From Harriotta raleighana (taxonomy: Eukaryota), in contig JBNZDD010013693.1 in assembly GCA_050575255.1 (NCBI GenBank), positions 4,911,522 to 4,975,521 on the forward strand: a DNA stretch of 64,000 nucleotides, written 5' to 3'. This document shows positions 14,076 to 25,928 of this stretch, one piece after another. The notes beneath the pieces were generated by a model, which did no database searches, was not told the origin of the DNA, and worked only from the letters and a program-made list of their open reading frames with translations. Numbering within the stretch: position 1 is the first letter of the stretch; each line of letters starts with the position of its first letter. Both the position numbers and the translations under genes were made by a program.

Positions 14076-14444
14076 TTAATATGATTATTCTCGAACCAGC
14101 ATGAAAACTGATGCTTGGTTTGTTGATAAGGATGACTGCCGACTGTTTGAGAGAGGACTGACCAGGCACTGTAATAACACTGATCAGTTAGTACAATGGA
14201 CCCCATTATAAGACAGTGGTTTGAGTCCATCAAATCAGCCGCAAATACAGTTGTATTTAACAACTGTTTGTGGGTAAGGGAGTCGGCGATGGCATCACTG
14301 CTGGAAGTTGGCCACTACTCTGGTAAGTGTTTGCAGTCGTTGCTGGGGTGATAGAGCAGGAGGTCACCTGCTCTATGCCTCTTTGTGCCAGGAGCTAGCC
14401 GCCCCCCATGGTTTAACCACATCCTAACAAACCTATATAAACAT

Positions 14445-14553
14445 AATAATCCTTGCATTTTTGTTATAACGCTTTTTTCACATCTTCTAGATGTCTCAAA
14501 GTGCTTCACAGAATATACTGTAAAGTGAATTGACTGTATATTTGTGGGCGACA
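14445..14553 (-). mobile_element. SINE 3' fragment
   Basis: aatccttgcattt...cacagaatatactgtaaagtgaattgactgtatatttgtgggcg. Confidence 0.85.
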
Positions 14554-16804
14554 CCTACTGTGCAAAGTGAGGTCAGCAGAAGGGTGGGGAATGAGAAAGG
14601 ACATGATTACTCAGGACTCTTCGGGTTTGAAAAGAGACTCAAGTAGGGAGTTTATAGATGTATACAGTACAGTACATTTGGACATGGTAAAGCAACAGGG
14701 TCATATTGACAGGTTCAGGTTTGTGAATAACAATACAGTATTAGTACAAATACCAGACAGTATTGTATTTTGTTTAACACAGAGGATAATTACCAGCTGG
14801 AATGTGTTGCAGGATCCATAGAAATATAGAAGGACATTCTATCCACTGTGTCGTTTAAGAGCAATCCTTTCAGTCCCATTTACCTGCACTTTCCCCATAT
14901 CCATCCCTGTAGCTGACTCCTTTTCAGATAACTATCTCCGTATTTCCCTCTTGAAACCCAATATGGGTTCTGTCTCACCCATCACTCTTGGCAGGGAATT
15001 CCATATCCCAACTATTCTGTATGTAAAATCAATTCTCCTAACCTCCACATTTGCTTGTTTACAATGTTAAATGTTTGTTCTCTAGTTACTTATTCACTGA
15101 CCAGTGGAAATAATAGTTATGACTTTCTGATGTCTTGCCTACTCCAAGTCAATAAGTTAGTTACTTATAAAGGCAGGAACAAAAAAAATGACAGTACATC
15201 AATGTACTGCAATTACTTTGTCACAATGTTTTTTTTAAAACATAAGAGCAGCTGTTATTGAGACCTGTACAGCAATCTCAACTGATCAGTCTCAACTGAT
15301 TACATTCTGGATTTTTTTAGTCAGTGATTTTTCTGTCTTAGATGAATTGTGGGCGAGAGCAGTTACTGAACCATATACTTTCCTGTGTGATGAGAGGCTG
15401 CACTGATTCCTGTGAAATGGCCTGGGCTTCCTGGATTCAATGGCATTCGTCATTCCATGTGTTCTGCTTGTTCTCTGGAAATTTAATTGCGGGATGGGAG
15501 GGAGGCTGTGGCGAGTGGCATGCATCTGATCTCTGACGTTCTAAGAAGTTCTTCTGCCTGACTTCTAAGGTCAATAACTTGCATTTATATAGTGCCCCTC
15601 ATGCAGGGTAGTGACCAGAGTGCCATGAAGAGTGTTACATTGGTTGATGAATGTATCTACTCTAATTGGCCTGTTCAGGAAATATATTGCGCCCTCTCTT
15701 CAACTCCTGTTGGAGCTTTGACTTTGTGTGACAAGAATACAACCCACAGTGTGTTCCTGTCTCTTGCTTGGCTGGCTATAATGGAGCTTTGGATTTGAGT
15801 GAAAAGAAGACACAGACCTTATTGATGTGATCCAGGGACGAAACCAAGCAAGAGAGGGAAATAATTCAATAACACTGTCGAATGTGTCTTACATTGCTCT
15901 AATGAGTGCTGTGAAGAGTGGAGGTGAATTGGCCATGCTGCGAAGAGTGTTATTTTGATTGATGAGTGTATCTACTGTATTTGGCTTGTTCAGAAAATAT
16001 CATTGGGTTTTCTCTTCAGCTCCTGTTGGCACTTTGACTTTGTGTGACAAGAATACTTAATTTCCCTGTTCAAGGTTGGTCATGTTTGAAGCAAACGGTA
16101 GCTTGTGCTGTCAGGAATCTTTCCAGATGCAGTTCAGCTCAGACTGCACTGCTTTTGGTCTTAGACTTCCCCTCTCCCCCAAATAAAAATGATCATTCTA
16201 GTCTCCTTGGGAAGTAAATCAATTATAATCTGTCCTTCCCCTCCCCCCCACCACCACCCATTCCCCACGCCCACCATACACCCCTACCCCTAGCCCCCAC
16301 TACCACCACCACTCTCCTGAAGAAAAGGGAAACTGTTTCTTGACAGTTGCATTCTCTAGCAAATGCTTTTCATCTAGATTTATCTCTTCCTACTGTTCCC
16401 CATACAGGAACTTAAAACTGTGTTTAATGAGAAAAGAACATCAATCAATTCCTTCCAAAAACTCACATAAAGTCTAATGTATTATGCATAATAAACTGCA
16501 CTTCACCAACTCTCACTGGGAGGAATGTATTAGATCCTCTCTGAACCCAAAGGTAATCAGTTTAAATCTTCAGAATATTATTATAACTCCACAGCTTTTC
16601 CCTCTTATCTCCATAGATTCTCACCCACCCCCGGACTTAGCACTTAAAACATGTCTCTGCCTGTATAGAATTCATTAATTTCTATAGACTGCACTATTTT
16701 TCTTAAAACACTTATTTATTTTTTGAAGCACTTGCTTGGCACCACATCCAATGCTATTGTCCCACTGCACTGCTCTGTGGGAATAAGCATCTCTTCTATT
16801 CTCT

Positions 16805-16922
16805 AGGCAACAATACTACAGATGCTGGAAATCTGAAATAAAATTATAAATCGCTGGGATCACTCAGCAGGTCAGGCAGCATCTATGGAGAAAGGAAAGT
16901 GAGTGCATGTTTCGGGTCGATG
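16805..16922 (-). mobile_element. Penelope-type terminal repeat fragment
   Basis: cagatgctggaaatct...actcagcaggtcaggcagcatctatggaga...tttcgggtcga is the reverse complement of the repeat at 56335-56450; family assignment from recollection. Confidence 0.55.
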
Positions 16923-16954
16923 TTTTTATTTCTTCTATTCTCTAGTCCTGTTTG

Positions 16955-17378
16955 AAGCTTTTTAATTTGGAACATATTTGTTCATTTATTTCTGCTCTCA
17001 TGATCCACTCCAATTGTGTATGTGAACCCCCAGGTCTATCTGTTCCTACACACACTTTAAAATTGCACCATTTATCTTGTATCGCCTCTCCTCATTCCTC
17101 CTCCCAAAATACACTTCACACTTCATTGCTTTAAATTTCGTCTACCATGTGTCTGCCCATTTCACCAACCTGACTATGACCTTATGCCGTCTGCTACTAT
17201 CCTCCGCACTATTTCCTATGTTTCCAAGTTTTGTGTCACCTGCAAACTTTAAAATTTAGTCCTTATACCCAAGACCAGGTCATTAATATATATCAAAAAG
17301 AGAAATTTTCCGAATACCAACTCCTGGGCGATACCACTGTACACCTCCCTCCAGTCTGAAAAACAACCAATCACAATT
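16955..17378 (-). mobile_element. CR1 LINE RT fragment
   Basis: ttttgtgtcacctgcaaactt reverse-translates to KFAGDTK (FADDTK motif). Confidence 0.8.
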
Positions 17379-17460
17379 ACCCTCTGCCTTCTGTTACAAT
17401 AAATTCTGGTATTTGGCACTTTATCACTTTGCAGAATGTCATTTTTATTACATGGAGTCC

Positions 17461-17755
17461 TGTGGAGTCCTGCAGCTCAGTGGTTAGAGCACTCACCTTA
17501 CAAGCGTGAGACCTGTGTTCGAATCCAGGCAGGTCAGAGCGAAACCATGGGCAAGTTTCCTTACTCCACATGCCTAATAATAATCCCTCCAAAAATAAAC
17601 ACATAATAAGGTTGTCTTTTCAACCCATGACTGTTTGTGGACACTGCTGTGCGCAATTGGCTGCCTTGTTTTGTCCACAAAGTCAATTCACTTTATACTC
17701 TAGAAGATGTGAAAAGCGCTATATCAAATGCAAGGAGAATTATTATTATTATTAT
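17461..17755 (+). mobile_element. tRNA-derived SINE, near full length
   Basis: A box cagctcagtgg, B box gttcgaatcc, body, (TTA)n tail. Confidence 0.9.
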
Positions 17756-18039
17756 TTACACTGGGCAGTAAATCCTGTGAAGTGCTTTGTAATGTTTGAA
17801 CGATATGATGAAACACTATGTAAGGGTTAATTTTATTGTTTTACTTGTACACGGGAGGTCTTGTGTTCCCACAAACCCTTGTTTTTCTGTGGCAATGACC
17901 TAACTGATCTTTGTTGACAAGAGGAGAGCTCGAGGAAATCAATTGGGTTCTCTCACACTTACCTTTTCAGAAATTGAATGTCACATTGTGGTAGAGAGAG
18001 CTGTCAGATTCTCTCATCTGAGAGGAGTAAAACGACTGT

Positions 18040-19330
18040 GAATCGTTGCACTTGGATGTTGTAGCCTTTTACAGACCTGTGCTATACGTCCACATTAGTG
18101 TATGACTTGTTTAATTGGTCTCCGTTTACACAATTCACTGCAACTGCTGTATTATAATGACAATAATTCCCGCGATGGATTTCCACTTAAGATCTCCGCT
18201 GACCAAGCAAAACCATTGAAAGGTTAAAATCGCTTGTGTTTTCCAATTAATTATTGTTTTTACAAATTACATGTATCTTTGCATCTTTGCTGCCATGGGT
18301 CAGACCTTTATTAATGAATCGATTGTCTATCTTTCTATTGTGAGTTTTCCTCTGCCTACGTACTCTATACTGAGCCCTACATAGAGCTTCATTGCTCTCC
18401 ACCTGGACCAGTAGAAAAGTGTGGGGGCATATTTTCCGCTAGAACATCCTTTGCCCGCTACAAACCTGCTACAGGCAGCTTCTCAGGTACTAACTAATCT
18501 TTATACTTCTCGCACTCTTTGCTCACTACTCATTACTATCGCCAGAGCTGTTTTGGGTGAATGTTGGTATTGTGGTGAACTTGATTTTGGAAATTTGGCC
18601 TGTTATCCTGGAGGAATTAAACACAGTAATTGCTATGGTCAAGAAAGTCTTCAGCCAAAGTCCAATGCACCAGCATCAATACTTGGAATTCACGGAGTTG
18701 AAGGATAGAACTAAATCACAGATGCTGGAATATTTGTATAAGCGCTTGCCTGCCATGGCCGAATTTCTTCAAGGAAGTGCATCAGAACCTAGCAGTGAAA
18801 AAAACCTCAAAACACTCTTGAACAATAGTGCTGCAGAGTTCCAATCCCAAGCAACCTTTATCACAGAGCACTCATCTGAGCTCATCAAACTCATTGCAGA
18901 ATGTCAGACAACAGCTATGCCTCAAAGCCACAATCTGTACTTACAGGTGCAAGATTTACATTTGTTTATGGATTTCTGCGTCACTGCTGGAGCACAGGAG
19001 TACAGACCAAACTGTGGAAAAGTTGGCAGCCTGTTCGGAGAGTGAGAGAGAGGCATGTGTCAACCTTTTTTAGAGAATCATGCAAGACAGCAGTGAAAAG
19101 TTGGAACTGATTTTGAAAAAGTATCCATCCATTACTATCTTTTAAGCAGTTTGTATTTTTGATCATCACCAGCTAGCAACAATGGATGCAGAAAAAGACT
19201 GTTTGTTCAGACATCCTGAAAGATAATAGACGAAGCTTAATAGAAGAAAATATAAGGATTCTTCTCAACCAGCTTAACCAGCTCTAAGCGTTTGACTGAG
19301 AATGTTTTGTTTGTGTTTGTGAAAAATTAA
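18040..19330 (+). pseudogene. Decayed hAT-like transposase remnant
   Basis: 162-aa ORF 18557..19045 (PELFWV..IVVNLILEIWP...VKKVFSQSP...FITEHSSELIKLIAECQ) continuing through frameshifts into ACVNLF/RESCKTAVKSW/KYPSITIFKQF; pattern resembles hAT-family transposases; no TIRs confirmed. Confidence 0.45.
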
Positions 19331-19751
19331 ACTGTTCTGCAAACTGTGTGGAAACTGCAGTTATGCATCTTTTGAAAGGTGTTATGTTCTGTTGTTGTTA
19401 AAGAAAATATTAATAATTTTCCCCCCCATAATCTCTGATGTGTTAGTTCTTCAGGTTTAGGTTTTCTAAAATGGGAAAAGAGAGACAATGCAGCAAAATC
19501 CGTCTCTCACTAGCACAAATTAACCCTCTGGAATGCCTTGTAAATATAGCAAATTTCTATGCAAAATGCTCTGCAATTATTTTTGCAAATATTTCCACAC
19601 TTTTCTATTGGCCCAGGTCTCCACTAATCAATGATGACTACAGAAAGTTGTCATTGGCAACATGTCCTGCTATGGCTGACAGATCAGGCCACCACTCATC
19701 GAGATTGGTGGTGGCATTAGGAGAACCCTAATTCATGCTCAATGTGTTTAT

Positions 19752-20122
19752 AATAATCCTTGCATTTGATACAATGCTTAATCACGTATTTGAGACATCT
19801 CAAAGCGCTTCACAGGATATACTCTAAAGTGAATTAGGTCTATGTTTTGTGATCAAATCATGGCAGCCAATTGCGAGCAGCAGTGTCCCACAAACAATCT
19901 TGGATTGAGTGACCAAACGATTATTATTTTTTAAAATTTTCTTTGGTAGGATTATTACCCCCAAAAAAGCTAGCTGACAATTGATTAACAACCAGTTCAC
20001 TGCTGGGTAAACAGAGGTGTGTGGTGTAAGGAAATATGCCCAAGGTTTTGCTCGGCCTGGTATCAAATGCAGATCCTGTCGCTTGCGAGGCAAGTTCTCT
20101 AACGACTAAGCTACAGGACTCT
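19752..20122 (-). mobile_element. tRNA-derived SINE, long variant
   Basis: Contains extra segment ctgacaattgattaacaaccagttcactgctgggtaaacagagg. Confidence 0.85.
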
Positions 20123-21916
20123 GCTTGGGATTGCACCCCTCAGTTAAAAGTGACCCACAATGGTGTGAGTGTGCAGATAGTTGCTCAGCATGGAATGAGA
20201 AAGATGGGTTTTGATGCTCCCATCAATTCTGCTGAAAGACTTGCATCCAAAGAAATAAATGATTTTTCTCCTTTAGATCCCAATTGACTCGTCCATTTCC
20301 AGCAATTTCTATTTGATTTTTTTACCTTTAAACATGAGGAATGTAACCCTGGGTCTACTGTAATATGTCTCATGTATTGATGTGTTCTGATTAGTTAGAC
20401 TTGTGAAATGTGTCTTGTGTCTTTTCACATTTGCAGTGGATACCAGCACTTTGCAGATTGTACTTTATGTATTGGAATAAGGTTTCAGTCCTTAATTGAT
20501 GATATCCTTTGGGTGAAAATATCTCAGCAACCGTACAAGCAAATTTTACAGCTTTATTCTTGGTTTCTACTCATGCCTCTGGTCATTTTTCTAGTTTGAT
20601 GAACGAGATGAGAAAGTGTTTTGCCAGTTTGGCCAGTTGGGGATATAGATAATGTGACAGCTCCCGGGCCTGTGTTGAAAGCTATCTGGACTCTTTTCCA
20701 ATCATCTAGATATCTAATTCTCATCTTGGGAGCTGATAGTTTTAATTAATAATTTTTCTTACACTCAGCATTATTAGGTTATGTGAAATTTTACAGGAAT
20801 ACGGTTATTTCAATTAGAATTCACATACTCGGCTAAGTACATTAATTGATGCCATACTTTTTTTGCTGGATCATTTGACAGTTCTTTTATAATTTAACAC
20901 TATAAAGCTTTCGATACTGGTAAATTTGTGTTCTTCACTTACTGCCTACTTTCTACAAAAAAATTGCTATACACAAGTGACTGCCGAGTTTTGCTCACAA
21001 AAACACACAGTCGCTACACTTTTGCAGTATGTTTTGTGAAGCGTTTTGAGATGTCTCGAAGACATGATCAGGTGCTATATCAAATACAAGGAGTATTATT
21101 ATACTCAAACAGGGACGTCTTGATCCCAGAACAAATTGAATACTGGCTTTTTATCTCTGAGACATGGGTTTGACTCCTGCCCTGACCGATAAAATGAAGG
21201 TCTTCTCCAATTGTGGACTGGGACAGTCCTCCGTGTTCCTTGTGTTTACCGTCTTTTATCACTACTGTTAAGAGAGGCCAGATGGCTGTTTGGGGAAGTG
21301 TAAATCAACGTTTGTTCAATGGAAGTACTCTGAAGTTGGGTTGGAGCTTGTTGCAAGAATGTTCAAGTTTTAGATCTGAAGCTTATCAGAATGAAAACAA
21401 TGAATGTTCCTGGAGACTGTTGACTAGGCTACACTTCACATACTGTTTACTATTGTTGACTGCAGGAAAAGGATCCTGTTCAAAGACAGACCTATTTTCA
21501 GATATGTTTATTGTGTGTTTCGATATGGACATCTCAATTTGGCTCCATGCAAAATGTTAACGATTTTGCTGAGTTTGTTTACACTTTACAAAAAATATTT
21601 CTTAATCGTTGGATTGACACATTCATTTTGTTTTTCCTGTCCATTCTTATTGTAGCTTTTACTGTGTACCTCGCATACCAGTTTGCTGTTGAATTTCATC
21701 GTAAAGTTAATCCACTTTAGGTACATGAGAAGTTTTGTTTTGTTGACTGTTTTGGATTGTGGGGAGACGGCTTCCATGTAGAAGCAGGAGCGAATGTAGC
21801 CCGTGGAGTGGGTGGACTAGGGATGCATCATTCAAAGCTTGCGACTTTTTTTTATTTTTAGAAATTGTTTATTGCTAATAATTAAGTGAAGCTCTGTTAC
21901 AAGGTTCCCTAGTTCA

Positions 21917-22272
21917 GTGTGGAGTCCTGCAGCTGAGTGGTTAGAGAACTTGCCTCGCAAGCAAGAAGACCTGGGTTCGATTCGCATCAGGGCAAAACAT
22001 TGGTCAAATTTTCTTATTCCACGTGCCTCTGTTTACCTCTCTGTAAGTAGGAACCTGGTTGTTAGTCGATTGGCGATCGGATTTCTGGGGGTATCAATCC
22101 CTTCCGAAATAAACATCATTCCCCGACTGTGGGACACTGCTGTACGCAATTGGCTGGCGGGTTTCGCTTTCAAAAAAATATACAGTCAATTCACTTCACA
22201 GTGTATTCTGTGAAGCGCTTTGAGGCATCTCGAAGATGTGATAAGGCATTGTATGAAATGCAAGGATTATTA
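21917..22272 (+). mobile_element. tRNA-derived SINE, long variant, full length
   Basis: gtggagtcctgcagctgagtggttagag head; cctctgtttacc insert; aaatgcaaggattatt tail. Confidence 0.88.
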
Positions 22273-22630
22273 TAGTGTTGGTGCACTGTGAATCCAGCTC
22301 CCTCTGCTACAGACACTCACTGGCATCTCGCACTAAAAAAAGACCACTGTGCTGGTTATCAGGATCCCCCAGCAAACCAGGCTGTAAAAATGGGAATTCC
22401 CTCTGGTAAACAGCAAGTTGAGCTGTGGGAACTCTACTGTGACATAAACTATTTTTAGAGTGTACTAGGCATAGATTGCCACAAATCTGTTTCTCTCTAT
22501 GTGCTCCACACAGCACTCCAGTATTCCCTGGCAAGACCTTGGGCAATCAATTAGAGCTGGTTGCATGTCTGGCTATTTAATAAGATTTACAAATGTTATT
22601 TTGTTGTTGTTGAATTGATTTTTGTGTTGT

Positions 22631-22950
22631 GTGGAGTCCTGTAGCTCAGTGGTTAGAGCACTCACCTTACAAGTGTGAAGCCTGTGTTTCATATCCAGGC
22701 AGGTCAGGGCGAAACCTTGGGCAAGTTTCCTTACTCCACAAACCTAATAATGTTCCCTCCAAAAAAGTTTTTTAAAAATTGGTCATTCCAATCCACGACT
22801 ATTTGTGGGACGCTGCTGTGTGCAATTGGCTGCCGTGCTTTGGCACAAATATACAATCAATTCACTGCACAGTATATTCTGTGAAATGCTTTGAGATGGC
22901 TAGAAGCCCTGAAAAGCACTATATCAAATGCAAGGATTATTATTATTATT
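22631..22950 (+). mobile_element. tRNA-derived SINE, short variant, full length
   Basis: gtggagtcctgtagctcagtggttagagcactc...gcactatatcaaatgcaaggattattattatt. Confidence 0.92.
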
Positions 22951-23211
22951 TAAAACAGAGACCCAATTTTAGAATCTCTGCTCATTCAGAGCTCCAAAGT
23001 TGATCTTTCCATCTTTGACGAAAACAGCAAAAAACAAAGAGAAATGGAGTTCCCTTTTGCACATTGCTCTGGCACAAGAGGTAAAGTTGTTTGACTTCCA
23101 TCTTACAGTATAAACAACAACAAACAACAAAATTACATTTGTGTAATGCCTTTCACATCAAGGAGACATACTACTCTCTCATAGTTCTTACTGGCAGATT
23201 ATTTGTTTAAT

Positions 23212-23462
23212 TTAATAATAATAACAATAATCCTTGTATTTGATATAACACTTTTCACATCTTCTATACATTTGAAAACGCTTCATAGAATGTACTGGAA
23301 GGAGAATTGACTGTACATTTGTGGGCGAAACACGACAGCCAATTGCAAACAGCAGTATTTCACAAGCAGTTGTGAATTGAAGTGACCAAATTATGATGAC
23401 TGTTTTTTTATGGGAGATTATTATCAGTCGTGTAGAGTAAGGAAACTTGCACAATGTTTCAC
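23212..23462 (-). mobile_element. tRNA-derived SINE, 5' truncated
   Basis: Reverse complement of the 22700-22950 copy. Confidence 0.88.
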
Positions 23463-24139
23463 CCTTATTATATTACAATTTGCACTTGTATAGCACCTTC
23501 ATCAACAACAACTGCATTTATATAATACCCTTCATGCTGAATAGCTCAACAAATGCTTTAAATAAGTAAGTGTTAGTGATATGATCCAAGATTTAACTAG
23601 ATGTAAAAGTAAAATATAACTGAACAGATGGGGGCGGGGGTCAATCACTCACAGATCAGGAAACAAGTGATTTTACTATCGGGTTATAATGAGATTTCTA
23701 ACCTCACACCATTAGACAAGCTCCTATTTAAAGTTTCATCGCCCACATTAATGGAAAAAAAAATTCATCAGATGTAGAAACACGAACTAAAGAGGCCTTG
23801 TTTAAAAAAAATCCATGTCCCCATTATGTAGCGGTGTATTTGGATTTCTGGGGCAGTTCAGGATGTGTGATCGGCTCGATCTCAGCGGCTCCACGACCAC
23901 AACTCGATAGCAGCAAACTAAAATAAGCATCTTGACAATGGAGGATTCTTTCTTCATCATTGTTAGCATTCCTAACTGGTCACCGAGCGATTTCTTTAGC
24001 GCTAAGAGCGAGACCGACGACATGTTAAAAAAAAACTGTATTCTGATCCGAAAAGGTCACATCACACACCGTTTGTGAGTAGATTGCGTTTTAAAGTGCC
24101 AACTCTAACCCAAATGTTTGCTCTCCTGTTCCCTTGTAG

Positions 24140-24241
24140 GAATTTGCTGCCCTGACAAAAGAGCTGAATGCCTGCAGGGAGCAGCTTTTGGAGAAAGAAG
24201 AGGAAATTTCCGAACTAAAGGCAGAGAGGAACAATACCAGA
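24140..24241 (+). CDS. PPFIA4: Liprin-alpha exon [34 protein letters not shown]
   Basis: cccttgtag|GAA...AGA|gtgagc; 102 nt, phase 0/0. Confidence 0.97.
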
Positions 24242-24827
24242 GTGAGCGAATAGGACAATGCCAGTTGTACTGTATTTAAATGATCGGTTGCTGGTAAACT
24301 TACAGAATGATGTGGCCTTCTCACATTGTATTTGCTCCCTTGAAAATGTGTCTGTCGATGATGAGAAATGTTTTCTTCCCTCTGCTGGCCTTGGGATCGT
24401 TCTGCTTCTTTTGTGATCAGCCACCGTAAGTCTCTTTCCCCTGAACCAGGCAGTGCCGTGCTCAAACCAGCTGGTGGGAATAGCTCGGAGCTGTGTAGCA
24501 CAGCTGGGAAGAGTATCTGGTGAATGGTGACTGGTGCAGGGAAAATTGAGTGGTGAGATTTCATGCCGTACGCTCAAATACCCTCTGGCCCAAAGCACAC
24601 AACAAAAAAAAGCCTGCGTTTCTGCCTTTACAAACTTATTCAGTGCCACTGTACAGTTTGCCAGAGCTTAGGGTTATTTTCTAGCTGTCGGGTGAGGTAG
24701 GGTCTTTGCGGAACTTCCGTTCGGATTATCTATCGGCCGATATTTGAGTTTAAATTGTTAGACGCAGCCGTGTCCACTCGCGCTCAATGAATATTCACCA
24801 AAGGCCACATAACAGAGGCGTGACTGA

Positions 24828-25073
<246 letters not shown>

Positions 25074-25853
25074 TGAAGTTGAGCTTTACTAGTGACTCTA
25101 ATTCATAAATGGACTGTGTTTCACTTAAGTTGCTGCACTGAGATTTGACTCAGTGCAAAATCTTTCATGTATTTAGGGTTAGGGTTAGGAACCTGAAGAT
25201 ATAACTAGTGTTTTTTGGTCAGCTGAGTGTCTGACACAAGCAGTAACTCTAGCACTATCGTCAAGACTATTCAAACCAGACTGAGAGTTCCATATCTAAC
25301 TGCCACCTACATATGGAAATTTCTCGGTGTGTGGACTGGAATGTGCGCGCTCTCCCTGGAGGGATGAACGCTACTTTCCAAATTTAAGACCATACGAAGC
25401 ACAGGCTGTCAAGAGCCAAGGCTTGGGGGCAACCCCAGAGTGCGTGCGTATTGGGGTAACTTCTGAAATTAAAATTCCATATTTTGCCACTGAGAGAACC
25501 ATCTGGTAAGCTTCCCTGATGCTTATCCAGCTTAGACCACCTATTGGGGTTAACAGGAGATGAATGGGAAGGATCCTTGCCCCTAGTGACTAGGCTACCA
25601 AAGGGCCAAGCTGGCTCTGCTCTCATCAAACATACCAGAAAAATGTGGACCTGCCTGGCTCCCGAGATTTCCACAGAGGATTGACTAGATTCCTTCATCA
25701 GATCTAAACAGATCCCAGTTACCTCCCTGGCTCCAGCATGTTAACCAGGCTCTGCTTGTTTCAATATGACTGGCACTCTGCTGCTTGTTTAATATAAGGT
25801 GGACGAGCATGAAAGGGAACGATGCACTGAAATTCCTCTTTGAATTTCTGAAG

Positions 25854-25928
25854 GTTCGAGAACGTCTGCGCGTGGCACTAGAGCGGGTGTCAACACTGGA
25901 AGACCAGCTGTCTGTTGCCAGCCAAGAG
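25854..25928 (+). CDS. PPFIA4: Liprin-alpha exon VRERLRVALERVSTLEDQLSVASQE
   Basis: tttctgaag|GTT...GAG|gtaagt; 75 nt, phase 0/0. Confidence 0.96.

Noticed and set aside
22631-22700. tRNA gene-like sequence with A and B boxes (also at 7991, 17461, 21917, 30962)
   Set aside because: Each continues directly into a SINE body and tail, with no complete cloverleaf; these are SINE heads
23862-23910. ATG TGT GAT resembling the liprin start MCE
   Set aside because: Frame closes after 15 codons with no liprin similarity; the true start exon is not in the window
25173-25189. Telomere-like TTAGGG run
   Set aside because: Fewer than three full units; too short to call an interstitial telomere
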